Assembly (NCBI GenBank): GCA_965223325.1
Contig: CBDCWI010000001.1
Location: 416,001-480,000 of the forward strand
Direction of reading: 5' to 3'
Origin: Candidatus Multivoradales bacterium
GTDB lineage: Bacteria > Acidobacteriota > Thermoanaerobaculia > Multivoradales > Multivoraceae
DNA length: 64,000 bases
Positions within the stretch are counted from its first letter, which is position 1. Each line of letters begins with the position of its first letter. The translations under genes were made by a program, and so were the position numbers. Below are positions 10,913 to 19,633 of this stretch, piece after piece. A model generated the notes under the pieces. The model was not told the DNA's origin, searched no databases, and was given only the letters and a program-made list of their open reading frames with translations.

Positions 10913-11113
10913 ATGGAAGCACCCCTGAACATGGCCTACTGGCTCGTCTCCTGTTTCTCATCCGCGTCGATCGCGGTCCTTTTCCTGATTCCAGCGCCCG
11001 CCCGCCAGACTCTTTGTGAGGAAAAGCCTCACCTCGTCATGTCTCTCTGGTGTTCGGGACTCGCCGGTTTTCTGTGGATCGCGCTCACGCGGAGCTTGAT
11101 GCTCGGCGCCTGA
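10913..11113 (+). CDS. Small hypothetical two-TM membrane protein
   Basis: 66 aa with two hydrophobic segments; fills a gap downstream of an AT-rich promoter-like region. Confidence 0.5.
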   Translation: MEAPLNMAYWLVSCFSSASIAVLFLIPAPARQTLCEEKPHLVMSLWCSGLAGFLWIALTRSLMLGA

Positions 11114-11308
11114 TCTCCCGCCAGACCGACGTCCAAACAACCGATCGCCCTCAGGCCACCCAGTCGCCGAGGTTGAGAGCCCGTCCGCGGATTGGCGGCG
11201 CTCTGGAGGCGCCTGCGCTGGGATGAAACGCATGGAGCTGGGCTAGACTGCTAGTCATCTGCTGCGAACAGACTCCCGCTCTGGACCTCTAGAGCGAGGG
11301 ACCACACC

Positions 11309-13150
11309 ATGCCACCTGAGAATGCTTCGGTCGGAGGCCGCCGGCGTCGTCGCCCCTTCCGAAGAGGGCCCTACCGAAGCGCGCCGTTCGTTGCTGCCCT
11401 CCTGTGTGCAGCGGCCGCCTCCGCACAGACCTCAACCAGACCGGCCCCAACCGCACAGGCACCAGCTGCCCCGAACGACCTGACGTTCGTTGACCGGGTC
11501 GAGGTGCCGCGCGTTCTGGTCGACCTGATAGCAGTTCAGAACGGTGAGCCGGTGCTCGATCTGCGCGCCGATGAGCTGCGGGTCTATGAAGACGGTCACC
11601 AGGTCGAGATCCTGGGCTTCGATCCTCCGCGTTCGGCTTCTGCCGCCGGCAGGCCAGCGGTCCCGACACCCGCCTCCGAGACGCCGGGTACCGCTGGCAG
11701 CACCAGCGAAGAGACGACCCACATCCTGCTCATCGACGACCTGCACACCCGTCTCAACGACCGCAAGCGCCTGCTCAAGGCGTTGCGCCCAGCCGTCGAA
11801 GAGCTGGCGGCCGGCGGCGCCGGCGTGATGATCGTCTCCTTCGACGGCCGCTTGCACCTGCGCCTTCCGAGGACCGAAGACCCACGTGAGATTCGCCGCG
11901 CGCTCGATTTCGAGAGCCGTCGCAAGCAAGTCCCGATGCTCGCCGCCATGGCTGACACCGAGCGCGCGATTCTGATCATCGAGCAGCGCATGAAGGACGA
12001 AACGCTAACCCCGGGCGGGGGTTCTTTCAGCGGTATGGATCCCTGCGTCGACATCGGTGGCCTGGCGCGCACCCACGCCGAGCAGGCCGACGCGGTGGTG
12101 GATTCTTCGCTCGCTGGAATTCGCCACCTGGTCGGAACGCTGGCGCGCTTCCCGGGGCGCAAATCACTGCTCTATGTAAGCGGTGGCATTCCTCTCGTTC
12201 CCGGCCTCGAGGTCTTCACCTACGCGATGGAAATGTGCGACGGCACAGCGGCCCGCGACGGCAACCAAGCCGGCGTCGACACCCAGGAGTTCAAGAGCGG
12301 CAAGAACACCCGCTGGGATCCGCGCACCGCCCGCCTCGAGGTCTACCAGCGCAACACCACCAGTCGCTGGCAGGAGATCGCCGCCTATGCCAATGCGCAG
12401 CAGGTGAGCTTCTACCCCATCGATGCCCGTGGGCTGATCCCAGTGCGAGCGTCGGGAGTCGCCAATGCCCGCACCACCGGCAGCTATCGCCTCGTCGCAC
12501 AGGAGAACCCACGCGACGCCTTGAGTCTGGTGGCGAAGCAGACTGGCGGTTCGACCTTCTTCGACAGCAACGACTTTGCGCAGGCGGCGCGCGAGTCGCT
12601 TGCCGACGCAGACGCAACCTACCGCTTGAGCTTCGAACCCATGTCGAAGGCCGATGACCGGACGCACGACATCCGTGTCGAAGTCTCACGGCCCGGGGTC
12701 GAGCTCAGGCATCGGCGGAGCTACCGGGCGCTCAGTCGGGCGGCACGCCTGCATGGCACCGTCATGGCGGCATTGCTGCACGGCTCGTCGGAGAACCCAC
12801 TCAGGGTGCGCACGGCGGAGGAAGCGGTGGCGGAACCCGACGCCGGCAAACGAGCCGTCAAGCTGCGGGTTGAAGTGCCACTCGAAGCGTTGACCATGAT
12901 TCCTTCCGGGACAGAGCGCGCTGGCAGGTTCACCGTCGTCGTCGGCGGCGAGTACGACAACGGCACCTACATGCCGATCGGCATGAAAACGATCGATGTC
13001 AAGGCGAGCGAGGTCGACCGCCAGAGCCAGTCGTTCGTCTACGAAGTGGAAGTCCCGCTGCGCCGGAAAAGCGCGACACTCTCGATCACGGTGCGCGACG
13101 AAGTCGGAGACCTCACCAGCACCCTGTTGCGGTCGGTCGAAGAATCCTGA
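11309..13150 (+). CDS. Acidobacterial VWA-domain protein (VWFA-related), secreted
   Basis: FVDRVEV..V.VD, DL.ADE.RVYEDG, GRKSLLYVSGG, FYPIDARGL, A.QTGG, Y.LSF.P and LRHRRSY motifs. MIDAS motif is degenerate. Confidence 0.85.
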   Translation: MPPENASVGGRRRRRPFRRGPYRSAPFVAALLCAAAASAQTSTRPAPTAQAPAAPNDLTFVDRVEVPRVLVDLIAVQNGEPVLDLRADELRVYEDGHQVEILGFDPPRSASAAGRPAVPTPASETPGTAGSTSEETTHILLIDDLHTRLNDRKRLLKALRPAVEELAAGGAGVMIVSFDGRLHLRLPRTEDPREIRRALDFESRRKQVPMLAAMADTERAILIIEQRMKDETLTPGGGSFSGMDPCVDIGGLARTHAEQADAVVDSSLAGIRHLVGTLARFPGRKSLLYVSGGIPLVPGLEVFTYAMEMCDGTAARDGNQAGVDTQEFKSGKNTRWDPRTARLEVYQRNTTSRWQEIAAYANAQQVSFYPIDARGLIPVRASGVANARTTGSYRLVAQENPRDALSLVAKQTGGSTFFDSNDFAQAARESLADADATYRLSFEPMSKADDRTHDIRVEVSRPGVELRHRRSYRALSRAARLHGTVMAALLHGSSENPLRVRTAEEAVAEPDAGKRAVKLRVEVPLEALTMIPSGTERAGRFTVVVGGEYDNGTYMPIGMKTIDVKASEVDRQSQSFVYEVEVPLRRKSATLSITVRDEVGDLTSTLLRSVEES

Positions 13151-13189
13151 ACGCGGCGCGGTCGAACGCGTCGGCCCTGGAGCCAACGG

Positions 13190-15709
13190 TCAGTCGAGTG
13201 GTTCCACGAGCCAGGCGTCCAGTTCTTCGGGTTGGCCGCCAGGAGACGCAGGAAACAACGCCTCGAGAACCACGCCGGTGCGGTTGCGCCAACCGGCCCA
13301 GTCAGTACTGTCCCAGACTTCACCCCCGATGAGGTCGTAGCCGGCGTCGACGAACAGGTCATAGAGGTCGCGCATGAATTCACCCAGGACCAGCCCTTCT
13401 CCACGGCTGCGCATGTCCCAGTGCGCCCACTCGAAGTAGAACGCCACCGGAGGCGGTGCAGACCTGGCGCTCTCGATCTGCTGGCTGAACATCGGCAGCA
13501 TCGCGTCGATCGAAAAGGGGCTTTGCAGCGCGATTCTGGCGAACAGGCGGTTCTGGCCGAGAGTGAGCGCAATGGCCGGCGGCGCGGTGTAGAGCGCTCC
13601 TGTGACGGCTCTTCCTTCGGGCTCTCCTATGGTGCGGTAGCGCCGATCGACCTCGGCGAGGATTCCGGGAACGAGCACGCCGACACGACCGCCGCCGCGG
13701 CGACCGTAGAAGCCCGCCGGTGGGTCGATCATGATGGCAATGAGCGGTGCGACCCGGTCGCCGACCACCAGGTCGAGTGTCGCCGGCCAGTTACCGATCG
13801 GGATCGCGTAGCGCTCGAGGGCCATGACCGTCGGATAGCGCTCCTCGCTCTCGGCGTAACCTGGCGGTAGCCAGACCGTGACGTCCACCTCGACGCGCCG
13901 GGTCTCTCCTTGCGCGCTCCCGGGAGCGCCACGTTGAGGTGGCACCTCGATCTCGACCACGAAGTTCTCGAGTCGACCGCCCTCACCATTCCCAGCAGCG
14001 GTGCTCTCGGTGACTCTCCCTTGCGCGAAACGGTGGCCCGGCCAGTCGGGCATCGTGAACCAGGACATTTGCAGTGCTTCTTCGGCACGGTGGTTGAGGT
14101 CGGGGCCCATGGCCGTCGACTCCACGGTGCGCGGGTTCCGCGCGTCGAGAGCGGGTTCGTAGTCCGGAAAGAAGACGTAGTTGAAGCGACCACGGCGATC
14201 GAGCTCGGTCTGCCACCACCAGAGATCTGTGCCAGCGAGGCGGTGCATCGGCTCGTCGTAGCGAAAACCGAACATGTCACCGGCAATGCCGACTTCGTCT
14301 GCGTCACCTCGCCACAGAAACAGCACCCGCTCGCCGTCGACAAGCGGCCCGTCGAGTTCTGCAAGAAGCGCATCGATCGGGGCACTCGGGTCACCGCCGG
14401 CGGCAACCCTGTCGCGGAGCGGCCGGAGCTCGAGCGGAAGGTCGTTACTCGGCGTGCCTGTCGTCGTCGTTGCGCTCCGCGTCAGGTCGACTCGTGCCAC
14501 TTCGGTCAAGCTGCGCACATAGAACGCTGAGTCGGCAAAGCTCGGCGGGGTCCAAACGATGTCGTCGAAAAGGGCGACCTGGTCGATTTCGTTCCAGCCC
14601 TCGCGGCTCGCCACCGCCAGGTGGGCTGTCCCGCCGTTCTTGGTGGCCACGAACAACAGGCCCTCGATCGCCATCAAAAAGCCGTCACCTGGCGCGCGCG
14701 AGCGCCACAGTTCGTCGCCGGTCTCGAGATCGAGGGCACTCATGAAACGACTCGTGTAGCCGTAAACGGTTTGCTCCCAGAGTGTCGGCGGGCTGTAGCT
14801 TCGAGTCAGTGTGCGACTCTCGCGGGTGACCTCGGCGGCGAGCGTCTCATCGCCCCGGATCGCAATCTGCACCACCGACGTGCGCTCATTGTCGTGCTTG
14901 ACGAACAGGCGATCCCGGCCGACCGGCATCGGCGACGCCGACTCGGCGCCAAACTCCCCAGTGCCCCCGTGGTTGTAGCCCCACAACTCCTCGCCGCTCT
15001 CCGGGTCGACGCCCACGACGCGCGTTGAACCCATTGCAACCACCTGGCGACGCCCGGCCAGTTCGGTAACGATCGGCGACTGGGCGTAGTGACCGTCGCT
15101 GAAGGTTCGCCAACGCAACGCGCCGCTCTCGGCCTCGAGACCCACCAGTGCCCCCTCTTGCCCACCGGCCTGGACGACAACGACGTCGCCGACCACCACC
15201 GCCGAGGTCGAGAAGCCATAGATCGGCCGCGTGCTGCCGAGATCGCGCACGAGGTGGGTGGACCACAGAAGCTCACCCGAGGGTAGGTCGAGCGCCACGA
15301 CCCTGCCGTCGGTGCTCACCATGAAGACGCGACCGCCCGATACCGCGGGTGTTGCGATCGGCCCGTCCTTCGAACCGCCCACGCCCACCGTCAGCGGGCC
15401 GAGGACTGCCGTCCATCGTGCCTCGCCGGTGTCGGGGTCGAAGGCCATCACCAGGTCGTGCTCGGCGTCGGAAGTCCCGGTCACCGCAACGCCAGCCGCC
15501 AATGAAATGCCGGAGTAGCCACTCCCGAGCGCTCGCTGCCATCGCACGCGCAGACGCGGCTCACCAACGCCGGTGGGCAGCCCCGCTTCGAGCTGGCCAT
15601 TGCCGTTCGGGCCGCGGAAACCCGGCCAATCGCCGGACGGCGCTGCGGCGGCTGCGCCAGAAAAGGAGATGAGGACGAAGAGGAGCGGCGCCAGGCGGAG
15701 GTACTTCAT
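13190..15709 (-). CDS. Secreted PQQ/BamB-like beta-propeller fused to an Ig-like domain and an enterochelin-esterase-like alpha/beta-hydrolase domain
   Basis: DWPGFRGP and repeated G..LW propeller motifs; IAGDM..; VWLPPGY....RYP. The nucleophile elbow lacks GxSxG. Confidence 0.8.
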   Translation of the reverse strand: MKYLRLAPLLFVLISFSGAAAAAPSGDWPGFRGPNGNGQLEAGLPTGVGEPRLRVRWQRALGSGYSGISLAAGVAVTGTSDAEHDLVMAFDPDTGEARWTAVLGPLTVGVGGSKDGPIATPAVSGGRVFMVSTDGRVVALDLPSGELLWSTHLVRDLGSTRPIYGFSTSAVVVGDVVVVQAGGQEGALVGLEAESGALRWRTFSDGHYAQSPIVTELAGRRQVVAMGSTRVVGVDPESGEELWGYNHGGTGEFGAESASPMPVGRDRLFVKHDNERTSVVQIAIRGDETLAAEVTRESRTLTRSYSPPTLWEQTVYGYTSRFMSALDLETGDELWRSRAPGDGFLMAIEGLLFVATKNGGTAHLAVASREGWNEIDQVALFDDIVWTPPSFADSAFYVRSLTEVARVDLTRSATTTTGTPSNDLPLELRPLRDRVAAGGDPSAPIDALLAELDGPLVDGERVLFLWRGDADEVGIAGDMFGFRYDEPMHRLAGTDLWWWQTELDRRGRFNYVFFPDYEPALDARNPRTVESTAMGPDLNHRAEEALQMSWFTMPDWPGHRFAQGRVTESTAAGNGEGGRLENFVVEIEVPPQRGAPGSAQGETRRVEVDVTVWLPPGYAESEERYPTVMALERYAIPIGNWPATLDLVVGDRVAPLIAIMIDPPAGFYGRRGGGRVGVLVPGILAEVDRRYRTIGEPEGRAVTGALYTAPPAIALTLGQNRLFARIALQSPFSIDAMLPMFSQQIESARSAPPPVAFYFEWAHWDMRSRGEGLVLGEFMRDLYDLFVDAGYDLIGGEVWDSTDWAGWRNRTGVVLEALFPASPGGQPEELDAWLVEPLD

Positions 15710-15792
15710 GCTCGACACGATACCGAGATCGGAAAGTCCGTTCGAAACGCGGCACGGCTCGCTGGAGGAGCGGCGCCGAAGTCGCCCGAGGA

Positions 15793-16980
15793 CTACTGGT
15801 CGATGTAGCCCGCGCGGCTACGGGCCACGGATCCTCGGCCGTGTACCCTCACCGTCACGGACCGCCAGCGCCCGTCGTGCTGGCGGCTCGACGGGTAGTA
15901 GCCAAGGACGTACTGGTCGCGCAGTTCAGAAAGCAGCTCGAGGAACGCGGGTTCGACTTCCTCGACCGACTCGATGTCGAGGACGCGCCCGCCACTCAGT
16001 TCGACCGCCTGACGCAGAAGCTCGAACTCCCGTCGATTGGAAGCCTCGTTGCGCCATGCCGTCCGGAAGCCACCCTCGCTTCCACCTTCGAGGCGCAGCC
16101 AGTAGAGGACGGTCGCACTTCGACGAAGCCGCCAGAGGATCTCTTCCATCCCGAGAGCACTATGGAGATCGGCCCCATCCGACAACAGGACCGCGACGCG
16201 GCGTCCCTGCTGGGCATCGAGGTCTCCGATCGCACGGTAGAGCTCATCCCAGATGGCGGTGTTACCGCGTGCTCCGAGACCCTCGGTCGCAAAGACCAGC
16301 TCATCTGGATCGCCACTCCAGGGCGTGAGCTTTCGCAGCCGGTCTGAGAAGACATAGGCGGTGACGCGATCGAGTTCGTTCATTCCCGCAATGAAGGTCC
16401 GGCTTCCCGCAAGCGCTGCCTCGAGGGGGGCTCCCGCCATGCTCGCGGAGGTGTCGACGAGAAGCGCCGCAGCGAGGGGCGCGTCACCACCCTCGAAGGT
16501 CACCAGCTCCTCTTCCACTCCCCTGTCCAGGACCCGAAAGTCTTCGCGGGCGAGTCCGCGAACGCGCTGGCCACCGGCGAGCACCGTGACGTAGAGCTGC
16601 TGTAACTCGAGAGTGATCTCCATGTCGACCTGGATCGCCGGCGTGGTCCACGAAGCACTGCCCTCGTCTCCGCCGGCGCTGGTGACCTTGACCTCGAAAA
16701 CCCGCTCGCGATTCTCCTGGCCAACATCGGTCACTACCACCCAGGGCGGCGCGCTCCGCTTACCAACCTCGCGTTGGTCGACGAAGAAGACCATCCTGGC
16801 GATCGAATCACCAGCAGCCAGGCTCAGAGCGTCGACCGATGCCCTGAACTCGACCTCACCAAAAGTAGGCTCTTGGGCTGGCGACTCGATGCGCACCGAG
16901 AGCTCAGCCCCGGCAGGTGACACGAAGAGAGCGACGAGGGCCGCGATCACGAGCGGCACGCGGTTGGTTCGTTCGATCAC
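15793..16980 (-). CDS. Secreted Ig-like plus VWA domain protein (acidobacterial type)
   Basis: MIDAS DTSAS, GNTAIWD, LLSDGAD, ELRDQYVLGYY and RAGY motifs; GTG start overlaps the upstream stop. Confidence 0.85.
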   Translation of the reverse strand: MIERTNRVPLVIAALVALFVSPAGAELSVRIESPAQEPTFGEVEFRASVDALSLAAGDSIARMVFFVDQREVGKRSAPPWVVVTDVGQENRERVFEVKVTSAGGDEGSASWTTPAIQVDMEITLELQQLYVTVLAGGQRVRGLAREDFRVLDRGVEEELVTFEGGDAPLAAALLVDTSASMAGAPLEAALAGSRTFIAGMNELDRVTAYVFSDRLRKLTPWSGDPDELVFATEGLGARGNTAIWDELYRAIGDLDAQQGRRVAVLLSDGADLHSALGMEEILWRLRRSATVLYWLRLEGGSEGGFRTAWRNEASNRREFELLRQAVELSGGRVLDIESVEEVEPAFLELLSELRDQYVLGYYPSSRQHDGRWRSVTVRVHGRGSVARSRAGYIDQ

Positions 16981-18044
16981 CGAGCGGCCTCGCCTTCCAG
17001 GAGCGCTTTCAGGCGCCCTTTCAGATCCAGCACCCAGCTCTCGATCCGAGCTCCGGCTTGAACGTCGAGGCCAAGGTTGGGCGGCTTGTTGTAACGATCG
17101 CGGGGCTCGGGCGTTTCCTCTCCCTGCTGTTCTCCTTCGAGGGCGTCGCGATCCGCGGCCAGCAGGCCGCGTGCCAGGGAAGAATCTCCAGTTCGCTCGA
17201 GCGCGTAGGCGAGCATCACGCGCAAACGACGGTCCTCGTGAAGACCCGTCGCCTGCTCCAGGACGCGCCGCGCTCCCGCGTAGTCACCGAGCGCGAAGTA
17301 GCTTCGGCCGAGTTCCTGCCAGGCGACGAGACCCATCCACGATGCAGGGTTCTTCTGCGCGACATCGAGCAGGATTGGCTGCGCGTCGGTGGCATGACCG
17401 AGCCGAATGAGGCAGACCGCCAGGCGCAGCCGTGCCTCCTTTCGCGCCCGTGCGGCGCGCGCGTAGTTGCGCACCGCTTCCGGGCGGTGGCCACTGCGCT
17501 CCTCTAGGAACCCCAGACCCAGATAGGCGAGGCCGTTTTGAGGATCGAGTTCGATCGCCCGCTCCAGCCAGGGCCGCGCGCTGGCCGCCGAACGGTACGC
17601 AAACGCCGACTGACTGAAGCGAACCAGAAGCCATGAAGCGTCAGCAGCCTCTGTTCCGCCGTCGGTACCGGTCGCGGCGAAGCGCTCGATCGCCGCCAGG
17701 GCGCTTTTGCGATGCCCTCCTAGCCGCGCGAGCTGGTTGCCGCGCTGGTCGCGTTCCCAGGCGGCGACATGGAGAAGCACCACCGGCACGATGGCTTCAG
17801 AGTCTGTGCGCGCGATGTGGTCGAGAGCCTCGCTCTGGGCGGCTCGTAGCTTGCGCTCGGCGGCCGGGCCGCCCTCGATCGCAGAGCCCTCGAGCCGGTT
17901 GAGCATCATGAGCGCCGCGTCGCTGTTGCCACTCGCCCAGGCCGAGAGAGCGCCGCGGTAGTCGCCGTCCTCTTCGTCGGCTGCCAAAGGCAAGGCGGAG
18001 AACAGGGCGAGTGACAGGGCGACCACCGCCCTTTTGGTGCGCAT
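16977..18044 (-). CDS. Secreted tetratricopeptide-repeat protein
   Basis: Signal peptide; TPR consensus such as LERAIELDPQNGLAYLGLG and WQELGRSYFALGDY; coupled to the VWA gene. Confidence 0.8.
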   Translation of the reverse strand: MRTKRAVVALSLALFSALPLAADEEDGDYRGALSAWASGNSDAALMMLNRLEGSAIEGGPAAERKLRAAQSEALDHIARTDSEAIVPVVLLHVAAWERDQRGNQLARLGGHRKSALAAIERFAATGTDGGTEAADASWLLVRFSQSAFAYRSAASARPWLERAIELDPQNGLAYLGLGFLEERSGHRPEAVRNYARAARARKEARLRLAVCLIRLGHATDAQPILLDVAQKNPASWMGLVAWQELGRSYFALGDYAGARRVLEQATGLHEDRRLRVMLAYALERTGDSSLARGLLAADRDALEGEQQGEETPEPRDRYNKPPNLGLDVQAGARIESWVLDLKGRLKALLEGEAAR

Positions 18045-18208
18045 TCCTCAAGCTAGCACTCCCCAGTTCACTTCACGAGTGCAGGCCTCCAGGTTCGGAC
18101 ACCAGAGCGGGAACCAAGGGTGGGAGAGCAGAGCCTGGGGCCTCGAGTGCAGCCGCCTCTCCACCAGCAGCCACGGGACCGCGTGGACGATGCGATCCTG
18201 CCCCGGGT

Positions 18209-19603
18209 CTACGCCAGCAGCTCGTGAACCACGCGGCCGTGGACGTCGGTCAAGCGGAAATCGCGGCCCTGAAAGCGGTGGGTGAGCTTCGTGTGGTCGA
18301 TACCCAGCAGGTGAAGGATGGTTGCGTGCAGATCGTGCACGTCCAAGCCCTCCTCGACGACCGAGTAGCCGATGTCGTCGGTCACCCCGTACGAGAAGCC
18401 GGCCTTGATGCCACCCCCGGCCATCCACATGGTGAAGGCGTCGATGTGGTGGTCGCGCCCGACGGCCAGGCGCACCTCCCCCATCGGTGTGCGCCCGAAC
18501 TCACCGCCCCAGATCACCAGCGTGTCATCGAGCAGGCCGCGACGTTTCAGGTCTCTAACCAGCGCCGCCGAAGCCTGATCCACCTCCCGGCAGCGATCTT
18601 CGAGTGGCTTGCCGAGGTTGTTGTCAGGATCACCGTGGTGATCCCAGTCGGCATGGTAGAGCTGCACGAAGCGAACCCCCCGTTCGACCATGCGCCGTGC
18701 CAGCAAGCAGTTCCTGGCAAACGATGGCCCATCGTCCAGGACCCCATAAAGCGCTCGCGTCTCCTGGGTCTCTTTCGAGAGATCGATCAGCTCGGGAGAG
18801 CTTGCCTGCATACGAAAGGCCATCTCATACGACGCGATGCGCGACTGGATCGCCGCTTCGTCGACCTCACCGACTTGCAAGCGATCGAGCGTCGCCACCG
18901 TTTCGAAGAAGTCTTCCTGGCTCTCTTTGCCAACCCCCGGCGGGGTGCTCAGGTGGAGCACGGGCTCGGGCCCAGAGCGAAACGGTGTTCCCTGGTAGTG
19001 CGGTGGCAGAAAACCGTGCCCCCAAAGCGGCGCCCCCCCACGCGGGCCGCGGCTCCCCGATTGCAGCACGATAAAACCCGGAAGGTCCGCGGCTTCGCTG
19101 CCGATGCCGTACGTGATCCACGCTCCCATGCTCGGCCGCCCGAACCTGCCGAAGCCGGTGTTCATGAACAGCTTCGCGGGGCCGTGGTTGATCTCGTTGG
19201 TGGTCAGGCCGCGCACGAAACAAAGCTCATCGACGACTCTGGCCGTATGCGGGAGGAGTTCACTGACTGGCGCACCTGACGCGCCGTGACGGGTGAACTC
19301 GCGGGCCGTTCCGAGCAGCCTGGCACGGCTTGGATCGATGAACGCGAACCGTTTTCCGTTGGTGTTCTCTGCCGGTGGGGTTTTGCCGTTGAGCCGCTGC
19401 AATGTCTCCTTGGGCTCGAACAGTTCGAACTGACTGGGGCCACCGGCCATGAACAGAAAGATGACGTTCTTGGCTCGGGCTTCGCCGGCACGGGCTGCGC
19501 CGCTTCCGAGCAGGTGGTAGAGCGCGATCGATCCGAGGCCAACGCCGCCACCTCGCAAGAACTCCCGCCGGGCGATTCGTTTTGGGCTGTTTGGTCCAGT
19601 CAT
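18209..19603 (-). CDS. DUF1501 domain protein (Tat substrate)
   Basis: RREFL, AKNVIFLFMAGGPSQ, CLLARRMVERGVRFVQLY, WGGEFGRTP and GRDHH motifs. Confidence 0.92.
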   Translation of the reverse strand: MTGPNSPKRIARREFLRGGGVGLGSIALYHLLGSGAARAGEARAKNVIFLFMAGGPSQFELFEPKETLQRLNGKTPPAENTNGKRFAFIDPSRARLLGTAREFTRHGASGAPVSELLPHTARVVDELCFVRGLTTNEINHGPAKLFMNTGFGRFGRPSMGAWITYGIGSEAADLPGFIVLQSGSRGPRGGAPLWGHGFLPPHYQGTPFRSGPEPVLHLSTPPGVGKESQEDFFETVATLDRLQVGEVDEAAIQSRIASYEMAFRMQASSPELIDLSKETQETRALYGVLDDGPSFARNCLLARRMVERGVRFVQLYHADWDHHGDPDNNLGKPLEDRCREVDQASAALVRDLKRRGLLDDTLVIWGGEFGRTPMGEVRLAVGRDHHIDAFTMWMAGGGIKAGFSYGVTDDIGYSVVEEGLDVHDLHATILHLLGIDHTKLTHRFQGRDFRLTDVHGRVVHELLA

Positions 19604-19633
19604 CTCTTCCTTCTCGAGGTCCCAGACGAACGT

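Noticed and set aside
18053-18084. CIRCE-like element CTAGCACTC...GAGTGCAG
   Set aside because: The spacer is 15 nt rather than 9 and no chaperone gene follows. The left arm overlaps a likely -10 (TAGCTT) for the TPR gene.
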